DNA of 64,000 bases from Escherichia coli. GTDB taxonomy: Bacteria > Pseudomonadota > Gammaproteobacteria > Enterobacterales > Enterobacteriaceae. The notes beneath the pieces are model-generated. The model saw only the letters and a program-made list of their open reading frames with translations, ran no database searches and was not told the origin of the DNA. The translations under genes and the position numbers were made by a program. The stretch lies in the NCBI RefSeq assembly GCF_041248615.1, contig NZ_CP158426.1, one strand, 5' to 3'. Of the stretch, positions 39,907 to 55,700 are shown piece by piece; positions within the stretch are counted from its first letter, which is position 1, and each line of letters starts with the position of its first letter.

Positions 39907-41358
39907 TTATTTATCAGTAGTCAAAACGGTAGCTTGCGGGACGGATGTACCGAAACGGTTTCCGACCAGGAAAGCCAGCAAACTTAGTAGTAACGAGGGC
40001 ACGATAGGGTGGAAGCCCAGGTACTGAATATTCAGCGTCGCGAGTACGGCATACAGCACGCCACCAACGATCATCGCACTTAGCGCGCCTTTGGCATTGG
40101 CGCGTTCCCAGTAAAGACCCAGCACTAGCGGCCACAGGAAAACGGCTTCCAGCCCACCGAAGGCCAGCAAATTCAGCCAGATGATCATTTCTGGCGGCTT
40201 CCAGGCGGCAAGCAGCAGCAATGCACCGAGAACTAACGTAATTACCGCCGACATCCGCTTCAGACGCGTCTCGTTTTGCATTTGATCCGGACGGATATTC
40301 AGATAGAGATCTTTAATGATCGTAGCGGAACTTTGCAGCAGTTGGGCGTTAATTGTCGACATGATCGCAGCCATCGGTGCAGCCAGGAAGATCCCTGCGG
40401 CAAACGGTGGCAACACTTTTACCATTAACGTCGGAATCACCAGGTCCGGTACGGTGAGATCGGGGATCACCGCCCGACCTAACGCTCCGGCCAGGTGCAT
40501 ACCGAACATCAGGATTGCGACCACAATCGTACCGATGATGATCCCCCGATGTACGGCTTTGCTGTCTTTATAAGAGATACAGCGCACCGCAGTATGCGGC
40601 AGGCCAATCACGCCAAAGCACACCAGTACCCAGAACGACGTCATAAAGGCAGGCGACAGAATATCGTCAGCGCCTTGTGGCGTAACCAGTTGCGGATCGA
40701 TGGTTTGCAGCGTCTCTACCGCATTGCTTAAGCCGCCAGCAGCATGGACCACGCCAATAAGCAGCACAATGGTGCCAATCAGCATCACCAGCCCTTGCAT
40801 GGTGTCGTTCAGCACGCTGGCGCGAAAGCCGCCAAAGGCGGTGTAGAGCGCAATGCTGATGCCAAAAATCAGCAAACCTGTTTCATAAGGGATACCCGCC
40901 GCGGTTTCCAGCAGACGCGCACCGCCGATAAACTGCACGGTCATCGCACCAACGAACGCAACCAGCAAACTTAAACTCGCCAGCCACACCAGCAGACGAC
41001 TCTGGTAGCGGGCAAATAGCATATCGTTCAGCGTCACCGCATTGTAGCGGCGCGCAAGAATTGCGAACTTCTTGCCGAGAATACCAAGCGAAAGCCAGAC
41101 CGCAGGAAGCTGAATCATCGCCAGTAATACCCAACCCAGGCCGTATTTATAAGCAGCGCCAGGCCCGCCGATAAACGAACTGGCACTGATATAGGTCGCG
41201 GTGAGCGTCATCGCCAGCACAATACCGCCCATAGAGCGGCTGCCGAGGAAATACTCATTAAGGAAGGTGCCGGTGCTCCGTTTGCGCATCGCATAAACAG
41301 AGATACCGAACACCACCACCAGATAGGCGACCAGCGGTAGAATCACTTCAAGCTGCAT
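39907..41358 (-). CDS. panF: sodium/pantothenate symporter
   Basis: 483 aa from [18 protein letters not shown]...; SSS-family transporter. Confidence 0.95.
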   Translation of the reverse strand: MQLEVILPLVAYLVVVFGISVYAMRKRSTGTFLNEYFLGSRSMGGIVLAMTLTATYISASSFIGGPGAAYKYGLGWVLLAMIQLPAVWLSLGILGKKFAILARRYNAVTLNDMLFARYQSRLLVWLASLSLLVAFVGAMTVQFIGGARLLETAAGIPYETGLLIFGISIALYTAFGGFRASVLNDTMQGLVMLIGTIVLLIGVVHAAGGLSNAVETLQTIDPQLVTPQGADDILSPAFMTSFWVLVCFGVIGLPHTAVRCISYKDSKAVHRGIIIGTIVVAILMFGMHLAGALGRAVIPDLTVPDLVIPTLMVKVLPPFAAGIFLAAPMAAIMSTINAQLLQSSATIIKDLYLNIRPDQMQNETRLKRMSAVITLVLGALLLLAAWKPPEMIIWLNLLAFGGLEAVFLWPLVLGLYWERANAKGALSAMIVGGVLYAVLATLNIQYLGFHPIVPSLLLSLLAFLVGNRFGTSVPQATVLTTDK

Positions 41359-41590
41359 CGTCATCCTCCAGTGGGATATCGCGATAGATAAATTTCACCA
41401 TCGCCCAGCACAGTCCAATAAACAGCAGCGGCGTCAGGATGCAGGCCATCTCAAACCAGCGCGGAAAGCCGGTAAAACCGGGGGCAACGCCAGGTAAGTA
41501 AGCGGCTACTAACCATACCGCCAGATACAAAAGGGTCAGCCCCAGCGCCCAGCGCGCCTCTTTATGGGCCTGAACAAAACGAGTGTCCAT
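41348..41590 (-). CDS. yhdT: small membrane protein YhdT (DUF997)
   Basis: 80 aa, two TM helices, overlapping panF start as in E. coli. Confidence 0.85.
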   Translation of the reverse strand: MDTRFVQAHKEARWALGLTLLYLAVWLVAAYLPGVAPGFTGFPRWFEMACILTPLLFIGLCWAMVKFIYRDIPLEDDDAA

Positions 41591-41655
41591 TTTTTGTCCC
41601 TGATGGGTGAAGAAAGCGGGGATTGTACCTTATGGGGGTTGTCGATCCCCAGTAA

Positions 41656-41684
41656 TAAAAAAGGCCGGAAAATCCGGCCTTTTG
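41656..41684 (-). terminator. rho-independent terminator of accBC
   Basis: hairpin aaaaaaggccggattttccggcctttt with T-run just downstream of accC stop. Confidence 0.8.
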
Positions 41685-41698
41685 ACGCTTTTGCAGTC

Positions 41699-43048
41699 TT
41701 ATTTTTCCTGAAGACCGAGTTTTTTCTCCAGATAGTGGATATTAGTACCACCATGCTGGAAGTTCTCGTCATTCATGATGCGGATCTGCAGATCAACGTT
41801 GGTTTTGATACCGTCGATGATCAGCTCCTGCAGCGCATTCTTCATGCGGGCAATCGCCACGTCACGGTTTTCACCGTAGCAAATCAGCTTACCGATCATT
41901 GAGTCATAGTACGGCGGTACGGTGTAGCCCGCGTAGATATGAGACTCCCAACGTACGCCAAAACCGCCAGGTGCGTGGAAACGGGTGATTTTGCCCGGAC
42001 TTGGCAGGAAGGTGTTCGGATCTTCGGCGTTGATACGACATTCCACCGCATGGCCGCGAACGTGAACTTCTTCTTGCTTGATCGACAGCGGTTGACCGGC
42101 AGCGATACGCAGCTGTTCTTTGATCAGGTCAACGCCGGTGATCATTTCGGTAACCGGATGTTCTACCTGAATACGGGTGTTCATTTCGATGAAATAGAAC
42201 TCGCCGTTTTCGAACAGGAACTCGAAAGTACCTGCACCGCGATAGCCGATATCAACACACGCTTTAGCGCAACGTTCGCCGATGTAGCGACGCAGTTCCG
42301 GGGTAATGCCCGGTGCTGGTGCTTCTTCGACCACTTTCTGGTGGCGGCGCTGCATGGAGCAGTCACGTTCCGCCAGATAGATAGCGTTGCCCTGACCGTC
42401 AGCCAGTACCTGAATCTCGACGTGGCGAGGATTTTCCAGGTATTTCTCCATGTAAACCATATCGTTGCTGAAAGCAGCTTTCGCTTCCGCACGGGTCATG
42501 GAGATGGATTGTGCCAGTTCAGCGTCGCCGCGCACTACGCGCATACCGCGACCGCCGCCGCCGCCGGAGGCTTTGATAATCACCGGATAACCAATGCGTT
42601 TAGCAATGGCGCGGTTTTTATCCATATCGTCGCCCAGCGGGCCGTCAGAACCCGGTACGCAAGGAACGCCTGCTTTTTTCATCGCCGCGATTGCGGATAC
42701 TTTGTCGCCCATCAGGCGAATGGTTTCTGCTTTCGGGCCGATGAAGATAAAGCCGGAGCGCTCAACCTGCTCGGCAAAGTTGGCGTTCTCGGAGAGGAAG
42801 CCGTAACCCGGATGGATTGCTACTGCGCCGGTGATTTCAGCGGCGCTGATGATTGCCGGGATGTTCAGATAACTTTTTACTGACGGAGCAGGGCCGATAC
42901 AGACCGTTTCATCTGCCAGTAATACGTGTTTTAGATCGCGATCCGCGCTGGAGTGTACAGCGACAGTCTTGATGCCCAGTTCTTTACAGGCACGAAGAAT
43001 ACGCAATGCAATCTCGCCGCGGTTGGCAATAACAATTTTATCCAGCAT
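41699..43048 (-). CDS. accC: biotin carboxylase subunit of acetyl-CoA carboxylase
   Basis: 449 aa from [28 protein letters not shown]...; ATP-grasp; the 13 extra N-terminal residues in the ORF track are upstream read-through. Confidence 0.97.
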
Positions 43049-43058
43049 GTTCGCCTCG

Positions 43059-43529
43059 TTACTCGATGACGACCAGCGGCTCGTCAAATTCTACCGGTTG
43101 TCCACTTTCGACCAGAATTGCTTTCACGGTACCGGATTTGTCCGCTTCGATCTGGTTCATCATTTTCATGGCTTCAACGATGCACAGGGTATCGCCCACG
43201 TTGACTTTCTGACCCACTTCGATGAACGCTTTTGCGTCCGGGCTTGGGGTGCGGTAGAAAGTACCAACCATCGGGGAACGTACGATGTGACCACTGATTT
43301 CCGCTGCTGCTGGCGCTTCCATGGAAGGAACGGTCGCCGGAGCGGCTGCGTTAGATTGAGCTGGCTGCTGCATCATTGGTGCAGCGTAAGCTTGTTGCAT
43401 CACAGGGAAACTTGCGGCAGGAGCTGCACGGCTAATGCGTACTGACTCTTCGCCTTCAGAAATTTCCAGTTCGGAGATGCCTGATTCTTCAACCAGCTCG
43501 ATCAGTTTTTTAATCTTACGAATATCCAT
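43059..43529 (-). CDS. accB: biotin carboxyl carrier protein
   Basis: 156 aa, Ala/Pro-rich linker and biotinylation motif [10 protein letters not shown]. Confidence 0.97.
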
Positions 43530-44506
43530 GAGTGGGTTCCGTACTCTTTGTTTAGTGTGATTGTGACAGGCGTTTCACCGCCGTCTGTAAAGCGTATGCC
43601 CCGACAGCTGTATGCATAGCGATAAATTCCAGCAGGCCGGGACGCCGGTCTATTTTGCCCCAGAGTGTCAATGTTAGACTTGACGGACATTGTGCAGCGA
43701 TCTGCTGCTATCCTCCGGCAAAAAACAAAATATACCTTCGTTGCGCCAATGTCACCTTTTCCGCAGCGCAAAAACTGCGTCAGGGAGGACGAGGTCGCAC
43801 ATTATAACGATTTCGTAGCAATTGGCAGCTAAATACTGGTCTTATCAGGGAAGATAATCAACAGCTAACATGTAAATAACCTTCAACACCGTGTAATTTG
43901 CAACAAGCCGCACAATTCACGAAATTAGCGCCATCATCGACGGAACTTCTTATAACGTAAGGTGAAAAGCTGTAAAGCCAGCCCTGCGAAGATGAGGGGC
44001 TGCAATGAGATAATCTTCACAGACCACAAATAATGTAGGGATGCCAGGATCGCGACAAGATAGACGACATTACGCAGCGGTTGCTGAGGATTACGCAATT
44101 TTCACTTCATCGTCTGGATAGATGTGAATGCTAAAGCACGCAAAATCAACCGTCTGACAATGCTCAGCATCAAATACGTTCGAGTGGTTAATTTGTAGGC
44201 AAATAAAATCAGATTATTCACCCCATGGTACCAGAAATCAGTAACAGGTTAAGCGTAGCGTCGCCCAGGCAAAGCACCATAAACCTAACAGGCGACGGAG
44301 GCGTATCAATAATGGCTGTTTAGTGGAGTAACAGTGCGCATCAATTTATGGTCAGTCGAAATCATGACTTTCCAGTTTGGATGATGTTGTACAACTTCAT
44401 GACCAAGATGTTCGACGAAAGCTGTCCGGCTAACCGCTTTTCCTGTTAACCGATTGAATAATGATTTCAAAATGAGTTCCCTCTCTTATTAATCCTTGCT
44501 AAATGG

Positions 44507-45481
44507 TTAGTTAACCTTCACCAGCGTGCGACCCTGGATCTGGTTATTAATGATGGCCTCGGCAAACTTCGGTGCCTCTGCCAGAGATATCTCTTTTGCC
44601 GCCTGGGTATAGAATGATTCCGGTAAATCGGCGACCAGTCGCTGCCAGGCTTGTGCGCGGCGTGCTGGTGGCGTCATCACTGAATCCACCCCCTGTAAAC
44701 GGACATTACGCAGAATAAATGGCATGACCGTGGTTGGCAGAGTAAAACCACCCGCCAGACCACAGGCCGCCACGCAGCCGCCGTAATTCATTTGCGCCAG
44801 CACTTTTGCAAGCACTTTGTCGCCAACGGTGTCAATTGCCCCAGCCCAGACTTGTTTTTCCAGAGGACGGGATTCGGCAAACTCATCGCGAGGGAGAATA
44901 CGGCTGGCTCCTAAACTTTTCAGATATTCATGGGTACTTTCGCGACCAGAAACGGCAACGACCTGATAACCCAACTTATGCAGCAGCGCCACGGCGGTAC
45001 TGCCGACGCCACCACTGGCACCCGTCACGACAATCTCCCCATCCTGCGGGCGAACACCGGCATCTTCCAGTGCCATCACACACAGCATGGCGGTAAAACC
45101 GGCAGTACCGATAATCATTGCTTTACGCGCGTCCAGCCCTTGCGGCATGGCAACCAGCCAGTCACCTTTCACTCGCGCCTGCTCCGCCAGCCCACCCCAG
45201 TGGTTTTCACCAACGCCCCAGCCAGTGAGTAATACGTCCTGACCGGCATGAAAACGCGGAGCTTCGCTGGTGCGTACAGTTCCGGCAAAATCGATCCCAG
45301 GAATCATCGGAAAATTACGGATGATTTTTCCCTTACCGGTAATCGCCAGCGCATCTTTGTAGTTCAGGCTCGACCAGTGAACATCAACCGTGACATCGCC
45401 CTCCGGCAGGCAACTTTCGTCCAGAGTCTGTACCGATGCGAGAGTTTTGCCGTCCTGCTGTTCTAAAAGTAACGCCTGCAT
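44507..45481 (-). CDS. acuI: acrylyl-CoA reductase / quinone oxidoreductase (MDR family)
   Basis: 324 aa, MQALLLEQQDGKTLASVQTLDE..., NADPH-binding VTGASGGVGS; yhdH position. Confidence 0.92.
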   Translation of the reverse strand: MQALLLEQQDGKTLASVQTLDESCLPEGDVTVDVHWSSLNYKDALAITGKGKIIRNFPMIPGIDFAGTVRTSEAPRFHAGQDVLLTGWGVGENHWGGLAEQARVKGDWLVAMPQGLDARKAMIIGTAGFTAMLCVMALEDAGVRPQDGEIVVTGASGGVGSTAVALLHKLGYQVVAVSGRESTHEYLKSLGASRILPRDEFAESRPLEKQVWAGAIDTVGDKVLAKVLAQMNYGGCVAACGLAGGFTLPTTVMPFILRNVRLQGVDSVMTPPARRAQAWQRLVADLPESFYTQAAKEISLAEAPKFAEAIINNQIQGRTLVKVN

Positions 45482-45632
45482 AAGTGGTCCTCATGTGCAT
45501 GATGGATTGGAAAATAATTTCTGAAGACTATACTCGCTAATGGAAAAGCAAAGCCGATGAAGCGCAATAAATTGCGAGATAAATCTGATTTGCTAGTATG
45601 CCCGCTTCCTCACTATCGGAGTTAACACAAGG

Positions 45633-47573
45633 ATGAGATTAACGACGAAATTTTCGGCCTTTGTTACGCTGCTCACCGGGTTAACAATTTTTGTGACTTT
45701 GCTGGGCTGTTCGCTAAGTTTCTACAATGCCATTCAGTATAAGTTTAGTCATCGCGTTCAGGCGGTGGCGACGGCAATTGATACCCACCTTGTGTCGAAT
45801 GACTTCAGCGCATTAAGGCCACAAATTACCGAATTAATGATGTCGGCAGATATCGTTCGTGTAGACCTGCTGCATGGTGATAAACAGGTATATACCCTGG
45901 CCAGAAATGGAAGTTATCGTCCGGTTGGCACCAGCGATCTGTTTCGCGAACTGAGCGTTCCGTTGATAAAGCATCCGGGGATGTCGCTGCGTCTGGTTTA
46001 TCAGGATCCGATGGGCAACTATTTCCATTCGTTGATGACCACCGCGCCGCTCACGGGGGCGATTGGCTTTATCATTCTTATGCTCTTTCTGGCGGTACGC
46101 TGGTTACAACGGCAACTTGCCGGGCAAGAATTGCTGGAAACCCGGGCTACTCGTATCTTAAACGGTGAGCGTGGCTCTAATGTGTTGGGAACCATCTATG
46201 AATGGCCGCCCAGAACCAGCAGTGCGCTGGATACGCTGCTTCGTGAAATTCAGAACGCACGCGAACAACACAGCCGTCTTGATACGCTGATCCGCTCTTA
46301 TGCCGCCCAGGACATGAAAACCGGCCTCAATAACCGACTCTTCTTCGATAATCAGTTAGCAACGTTACTGGAAGATCAGGAGAAAGTAGGTACCCACGGG
46401 ATCGTGATGATGATTCGTCTACCGGATTTCAATATGTTGAGCGATACCTGGGGGCACAGCCAGGTTGAAGAACAGTTCTTCACTCTGACGAATCTGCTGT
46501 CGACATTTATGATGCGCTACCCTGGCGCACTGCTGGCGCGTTACCACCGCAGTGATTTTGCTGTGCTGTTACCGCACCGGACGTTAAAAGAGGCAGAGAG
46601 CATCGCCGGTCAGTTAATCAAAGCCGTCGATACCTTGCCGAACAATAAAATGCTCGATCGCGACGATATGATCCACATTGGTATCTGCGCCTGGCGTAGT
46701 GGTCAGGATACCGAGCAGGTAATGGAACATGCAGAGTCTGCCACGCGTAATGCGGGATTGCAGGGCGGCAATAGCTGGGCTATTTACGATGACTCGTTGC
46801 CTGAAAAAGGACGCGGTAATGTTCGCTGGCGTACGCTTATCGAGCAAATGCTCAGTCGCGGCGGCCCGCGCCTTTATCAAAAACCGGCAGTTACTCGCGA
46901 AGGTCAGGTTCATCATCGCGAACTCATGTGCCGCATCTTCGATGGTAATGAAGAGGTTAGCTCGGCGGAGTATATGCCGATGGTCTTGCAGTTTGGCTTA
47001 TCGGAAGAGTATGACCGCCTGCAAATCAGCCGTCTTATTCCACTATTGCGTTACTGGCCTGAGGAAAATCTGGCGATTCAGGTTACCGTTGAGTCGCTGA
47101 TTCGCCCGCGTTTTCAGCGTTGGCTGCGCGATACGTTAATGCAATGTGAAAGATCGCAACGAAAACGCATAATTATTGAACTTGCAGAGGCCGATGTAGG
47201 TCAACATATCAGTCGTTTACAACCTGTTATTCGTTTAGTGAATGCTTTAGGGGTACGGGTAGCCGTCAACCAGGCTGGTTTGGCGCTGGTAAGCACCAGT
47301 TGGATCAAAGAACTTAATGTTGAGTTACTCAAGCTCCATCCGGGGCTGGTCAGAAACATTGAGAAGCGAACGGAGAACCAGCTGCTGGTTCAAAGCCTGG
47401 TGGAAGCCTGCTCCGGGACCAGCACCCAGGTTTACGCCACCGGTGTGCGTTCGCGAAGCGAGTGGCAGACCCTGATTCAGCGCGGTGTTACAGGTGGGCA
47501 AGGGGATTTTTTCGCGTCCTCACAGCCACTTGATACTAACGTGAAAAAATATTCACAAAGATACTCGGTTTAA
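45633..47573 (+). CDS. csrD: degenerate GGDEF-EAL protein targeting CsrB/CsrC for RNase E decay
   Basis: 646 aa, two N-terminal TM segments, degenerate GGDEF and EAL domains; upstream of mreB. Confidence 0.92.
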   Translation: MRLTTKFSAFVTLLTGLTIFVTLLGCSLSFYNAIQYKFSHRVQAVATAIDTHLVSNDFSALRPQITELMMSADIVRVDLLHGDKQVYTLARNGSYRPVGTSDLFRELSVPLIKHPGMSLRLVYQDPMGNYFHSLMTTAPLTGAIGFIILMLFLAVRWLQRQLAGQELLETRATRILNGERGSNVLGTIYEWPPRTSSALDTLLREIQNAREQHSRLDTLIRSYAAQDMKTGLNNRLFFDNQLATLLEDQEKVGTHGIVMMIRLPDFNMLSDTWGHSQVEEQFFTLTNLLSTFMMRYPGALLARYHRSDFAVLLPHRTLKEAESIAGQLIKAVDTLPNNKMLDRDDMIHIGICAWRSGQDTEQVMEHAESATRNAGLQGGNSWAIYDDSLPEKGRGNVRWRTLIEQMLSRGGPRLYQKPAVTREGQVHHRELMCRIFDGNEEVSSAEYMPMVLQFGLSEEYDRLQISRLIPLLRYWPEENLAIQVTVESLIRPRFQRWLRDTLMQCERSQRKRIIIELAEADVGQHISRLQPVIRLVNALGVRVAVNQAGLALVSTSWIKELNVELLKLHPGLVRNIEKRTENQLLVQSLVEACSGTSTQVYATGVRSRSEWQTLIQRGVTGGQGDFFASSQPLDTNVKKYSQRYSV

Positions 47574-47751
47574 CCTGCCGTTTAATCCGTTTTCACGTAG
47601 AATAACGCGCGCTGCGTCTCATGGGAGTGTGCTTGTCTGCTCGCCAGATTGTTGCAGCACATATGCAGATGAATGACCTTACGCGGTTGCAAACAGGCGA
47701 GGAATGCTGCTGATGCATTAAGCCTTTCTGGACTCAGGCAGAGATTTGTAA

Positions 47752-48921
<1,170 letters not shown>

Positions 48922-48986
48922 TCGGATGCAGGCAGGGGAAGCGTCTGTTTACCCTGCCTGGTCTGATACGAGAATACGCATAACTT

Positions 48987-50578
<1,592 letters not shown>

Positions 50579-50586
50579 AGGTTTCT

Positions 50587-51180
50587 ATGACTTCTCTGTA
50601 TTTAGCTTCCGGTTCTCCGCGTCGTCAGGAGTTACTTGCGCAACTTGGCGTGACCTTTGAACGTATTGTTACGGGCATTGAGGAGCAGCGTCAGCCGCAG
50701 GAGAGCGCGCAGCAGTATGTTGTGCGTCTGGCGCGCGAGAAAGCACTGGCGGGTGTCGCGCAAACGGCGCAGGATCTCCCGGTGCTGGGTGCGGATACTA
50801 TCGTTATCCTGAATGGAGAAGTGCTGGAGAAACCGCGCGACGCAGAGCATGCGGTGCAGATGTTGCGCAAATTATCGGGTCAGACCCATCAGGTAATGAC
50901 GGCAGTGGCGTTGGCCGACAGCCAGCACATTCTCGATTACCTGGTGGTCACCGATGTGACTTTCAGAACGTTAACAGACGAAGACATCGCGGGCTATGTC
51001 GCCAGCGGTGAACCGTTAGATAAAGCAGGTGCATACGGTATTCAGGGGCTGGGTGGCTGTTTTGTCAGGAAGATAAATGGCAGCTATCACGCCGTAGTCG
51101 GCTTACCGCTGGTTGAAACGTATGAATTATTAAGTAATTTTAACGCACTGCGTGAGAAAAGGGATAAACATGACGGCTGA
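50587..51180 (+). CDS. yhdE: Maf-like nucleoside triphosphate pyrophosphatase
   Basis: 197 aa, [22 protein letters not shown]... Maf family. Confidence 0.93.
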   Translation: MTSLYLASGSPRRQELLAQLGVTFERIVTGIEEQRQPQESAQQYVVRLAREKALAGVAQTAQDLPVLGADTIVILNGEVLEKPRDAEHAVQMLRKLSGQTHQVMTAVALADSQHILDYLVVTDVTFRTLTDEDIAGYVASGEPLDKAGAYGIQGLGGCFVRKINGSYHAVVGLPLVETYELLSNFNALREKRDKHDG

Positions 51181-52639
51181 ATTGTTAGTAAACGTAACGC
51201 CTTCGGAAACGCGAGTGGCGTATATTGATGGCGGTATTCTGCAGGAAATTCATATTGAACGTGAGGCGCGACGCGGAATAGTAGGCAATATCTACAAGGG
51301 TCGTGTAAGTCGTGTACTTCCGGGTATGCAGGCGGCTTTTGTAGATATTGGGCTGGATAAAGCCGCGTTTCTTCATGCATCTGACATCATGCCGCACACC
51401 GAATGTGTGGCGGGTGAAGAACAAAAGCAATTCACGGTGCGCGACATCTCGGAACTGGTTCGTCAGGGGCAAGATCTGATGGTGCAGGTGGTGAAAGATC
51501 CACTTGGCACTAAGGGTGCGCGCCTGACTACCGATATCACGCTGCCTTCTCGCTATCTGGTATTTATGCCAGGGGCTTCTCACGTTGGGGTTTCCCAACG
51601 AATTGAAAGCGAATCAGAACGTGAACGCCTGAAAAAAGTGGTCGCAGAGTATTGCGACGAGCAGGGCGGGTTTATCATCCGTACCGCAGCTGAAGGGGTT
51701 GGCGAGGCTGAACTGGCCTCCGATGCCGCTTATCTGAAACGCGTCTGGACCAAAGTTATGGAGCGTAAAAAGCGCCCGCAGACCCGTTATCAGCTGTACG
51801 GCGAACTGGCGCTGGCGCAGCGTGTTCTGCGTGATTTCGCCGACGCCGAACTCGACCGCATTCGCGTTGACTCACGCCTGACTTACGAAGCATTGCTGGA
51901 GTTTACCTCGGAGTACATTCCCGAGATGACCAGCAAGCTGGAGCATTACACCGGACGCCAGCCGATTTTCGATCTCTTTGATGTCGAAAACGAAATTCAG
52001 CGAGCGCTGGAACGCAAAGTAGAACTGAAATCCGGTGGCTATCTGATTATCGACCAGACCGAAGCGATGACCACCGTAGACATCAATACCGGGGCGTTTG
52101 TCGGTCATCGCAATCTGGACGACACCATTTTCAATACCAATATTGAAGCGACGCAGGCTATCGCTCGCCAGTTACGGTTGCGTAATCTGGGCGGGATTAT
52201 CATTATTGATTTCATCGACATGAATAATGAAGATCACCGCCGCCGCGTGCTGCACTCGCTGGAGCAGGCGTTGAGCAAAGACCGGGTGAAAACCAGCGTT
52301 AATGGTTTTTCGGCGCTGGGGCTGGTGGAGATGACGCGTAAACGCACCCGCGAAAGCATTGAGCACGTACTATGTAACGAATGCCCAACCTGCCACGGTC
52401 GCGGAACGGTGAAAACCGTGGAAACGGTATGCTATGAAATCATGCGCGAGATTGTTCGTGTACACCATGCTTATGATTCCGACCGTTTCCTGGTCTATGC
52501 TTCTCCGGCAGTAGCTGAAGCCTTGAAAGGCGAAGAGTCACACTCGCTGGCGGAAGTGGAAATTTTCGTTGGCAAACAGGTTAAAGTACAAATTGAACCG
52601 CTCTATAACCAGGAGCAGTTTGACGTCGTAATGATGTAA
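51170..52639 (+). CDS. rng: ribonuclease G
   Basis: 489 aa from [22 protein letters not shown]...; S1 domain plus RNase E/G catalytic core. Confidence 0.96.
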
Positions 52640-52706
52640 ACAGATGCTGGGCCGCCATCCGGCAAAGGGTTTTTGAGTCACATTTTTAGCAGACAAGGAG
52701 TGACGG

Positions 52707-55700
52707 GTGAGGCGATTGCCGGGGATATTACTGCTTACTGGAGCCGCGCTCGTTGTGATCGCTGCCCTGCTGGTTAGCGGCCTGCGTATTGCTTTACCGC
52801 ATCTTGATGCCTGGCGTCCGGAAATCCTCAACAAAATAGAATCCGCGACTGGCATGCCGGTAGAAGCCAGTCAGCTCTCAGCCAGCTGGCAGAATTTTGG
52901 CCCGACGCTTGAAGCACACGACATCCGTGCAGAACTAAAGGATGGCGGCGAATTTTCGGTTAAACGCGTTACTCTTGCGCTGGATGTCTGGCAGAGCCTG
53001 TTACATATGCGCTGGCAGTTTCGCGACCTCACTTTCTGGCAGCTGCGCTTTCGCACCAACACTCCTATCACCAGCGGCGGTGGTAATGATAGCCTGGAAG
53101 CCAGTCACATCAGCGATCTGTTTCTTCGTCAGTTCGACCATTTTGATCTCCGCGACAGTGAAGTCAGTTTCCTGACGCCATCCGGTCAGCGCGCCGAGCT
53201 GGCGATCCCACAACTCACCTGGCTGAACGATCCACGTCGACACCGTGCGGAAGGCCTGGTAAGCCTCTCCAGCCTTACCGGACAGCACGGCGTGATGCAG
53301 GTGCGCATGGATTTGCGCGATGATGAGGGGTTGTTAAGCAATGGTCGCGTCTGGCTCCAGGCGGATGACATCGACCTGAAGCCGTGGCTCGGTAAATGGA
53401 TGCAGGACAATATTGCGCTGGAAACGGCGCAGTTCTCCCTTGAAGGCTGGATGACGATCGATAAAGGCGATGTAACCGGTGGCGACGTCTGGCTGAAACA
53501 GGGCGGTGCCAGCTGGTTGGGCGAGAAGGAAACGCATACGCTGTCGGTGGATAATCTGACCGCGCATATTACGCGTGAAAATCCGGGATGGCAGTTCTCT
53601 ATTCCCGATACACGGATCACGATGGACGGCAAACCCTGGCCGAGCGGAGCATTGACGCTGGCCTGGATACCGGAACAGGACGTTGGCGGCAAAGACAATA
53701 AACGCAGTGACGAACTCCGGATTCGCGCCAGTAATCTGGAGCTGGCAGGCCTGGAGGGCATACGCCCGCTGGCCGCGAAACTTTCACCTGCACTGGGTGA
53801 TGTTTGGCGCTCCACACAACCGAGCGGCAAGATTAACACTCTGGCGCTGGATATCCCGCTTCAGGCGGCAGACAAGACCCGTTTTCAGGCATCGTGGAGC
53901 GATCTGGCCTGGAATCAATGGAAATTATTACCGGGTGCGGAACACTTCTCCGGGACGCTTTCCGGCAGCGTAGAAAATGGTTTGCTTACCGCGTCGATGA
54001 AACAGGCAAAGATGCCTTACGAAACGGTATTCCGTGCGCCACTGGAAATCGCCGACGGCCAGGCAACGATAAGCTGGCTGAACAATGACAAAGGTTTCCA
54101 GCTGGATGGGCGTAATATTGACGTTAAAGCCAAAGCCGTCCATGCGCGCGGCGGTTTTCGTTACCTGCAACCAGCTAACGATGAACCCTGGCTGGGTATT
54201 CTGGCTGGCATCAGTACCGATGATGGTTCACAAGCCTGGCGCTATTTCCCGGAAAACTTGATGGGTAAAGACCTGGTTGATTACTTAAGTGGCGCGATTC
54301 AGGGCGGAGAAGCGGATAACGCGACGCTGGTTTATGGTGGCAATCCGCAACTCTTCCCCTATAAACACAATGAAGGTCAGTTTGAAGTGCTGGTGCCGCT
54401 GCGCAACGCGAAGTTTGCCTTCCAGCCGGACTGGCCTGCATTAACTAACCTTGATATTGAACTGGACTTTATCAACGACGGTTTATGGATGAAAACCGAT
54501 GGCGTTAATCTGGGCGGCGTGCGCGCGAGTAATCTCACCGCAGTGATCCCTGACTACTCGAAAGAAAAACTGCTGATTGACGCTGACATTAAAGGTCCGG
54601 GTAAAGCCGTCGGCCCTTACTTTGATGAGACACCGCTGAAAGATTCTCTGGGTGCAACCCTGCAAGAACTCCAGCTCGACGGCGATGTGAATGCTCGCTT
54701 ACATCTTGATATCCCGCTGAACGGCGAGCTGGTAACCGCGAAAGGTGAAGTGACGCTGCGTAATAACAGTCTGTTTATCAAACCACTCGACAGCACCCTG
54801 AAAAATTTGAGCGGTAAATTCAGCTTTATCAATGGCGATCTGCAAAGTGAACCACTGACAGCAAGCTGGTTTAATCAGCCGTTGAACGTGGATTTTTCCA
54901 CCAAAGAAGGGGCAAAAGCCTACCAGGTTGCGGTGAATCTCAACGGTAACTGGCAACCGGCGAAAACCGGCGTTTTGCCTGAAGCGGTGAACGAAGCATT
55001 AAGTGGCAGCGTGGCGTGGGATGGTAAAGTGGGCATTGATCTGCCTTATCATGCTGGCGCGACCTATAACGTAGAGCTGAACGGCGATCTGAAGAATGTG
55101 AGTAGTCACTTACCTTCACCGTTAGCCAAACCTGCGGGTGAACCACTAGCGGTAAACGTTAAGGTTGATGGCAATCTCAACAGCTTTGAATTAACCGGAC
55201 AGGCTGGTGCGGATAACCATTTCAATAGCCGCTGGTTGCTTGGTCAAAAGCTGACGCTCGATCGTGCTATTTGGGCGGCAGACAGTAAAACGCTCCCGCC
55301 GTTGCCGGAACAAAGTGGCGTTGAACTCAATATGCCGCCGATGAATGGTGCCGAGTGGCTGGCCCTGTTCCAGAAAGGCGCTGCGGAGAGTGTCGGTGGT
55401 GCAGCGAGTTTCCCACAACACATAACGTTACGTACGCCTATGTTGTCACTGGGAAATCAGCAATGGAATAACCTGAGTATTGTTTCGCAACCGACGGCAA
55501 ATGGCACCCTGGTTGAGGCGCAAGGGCGTGAAATCAACGCCACGCTAGCGATGCGTAATAACGCGCCGTGGCTGGCGAATATCAAATATCTTTATTACAA
55601 CCCGAGCGTGGCGAAAACTCGTGGTGATTCAACGCCGTCATCACCTTTCCCGACAACGGAGCGCATTAACTTCCGTGGCTGGCCGGACGCCCAAATACGA

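Noticed and set aside
41939-42883. 314 aa ORF antisense to accC, and similar long antisense ORFs (e.g. 49224..49844 opposite mreC, 56088..56657, 53186..53839 opposite yhdP)
   Set aside because: They sit opposite well-supported conserved genes, have no RBS or recognisable domains, and are typical antisense open frames in GC-balanced coding DNA.
44380-44448. 22-codon small ORF (MMLYNFMTKMFDESCPANRFSC) in the accB-acuI intergenic region
   Set aside because: No convincing Shine-Dalgarno sequence and no conservation evidence available; not reportable as a gene.
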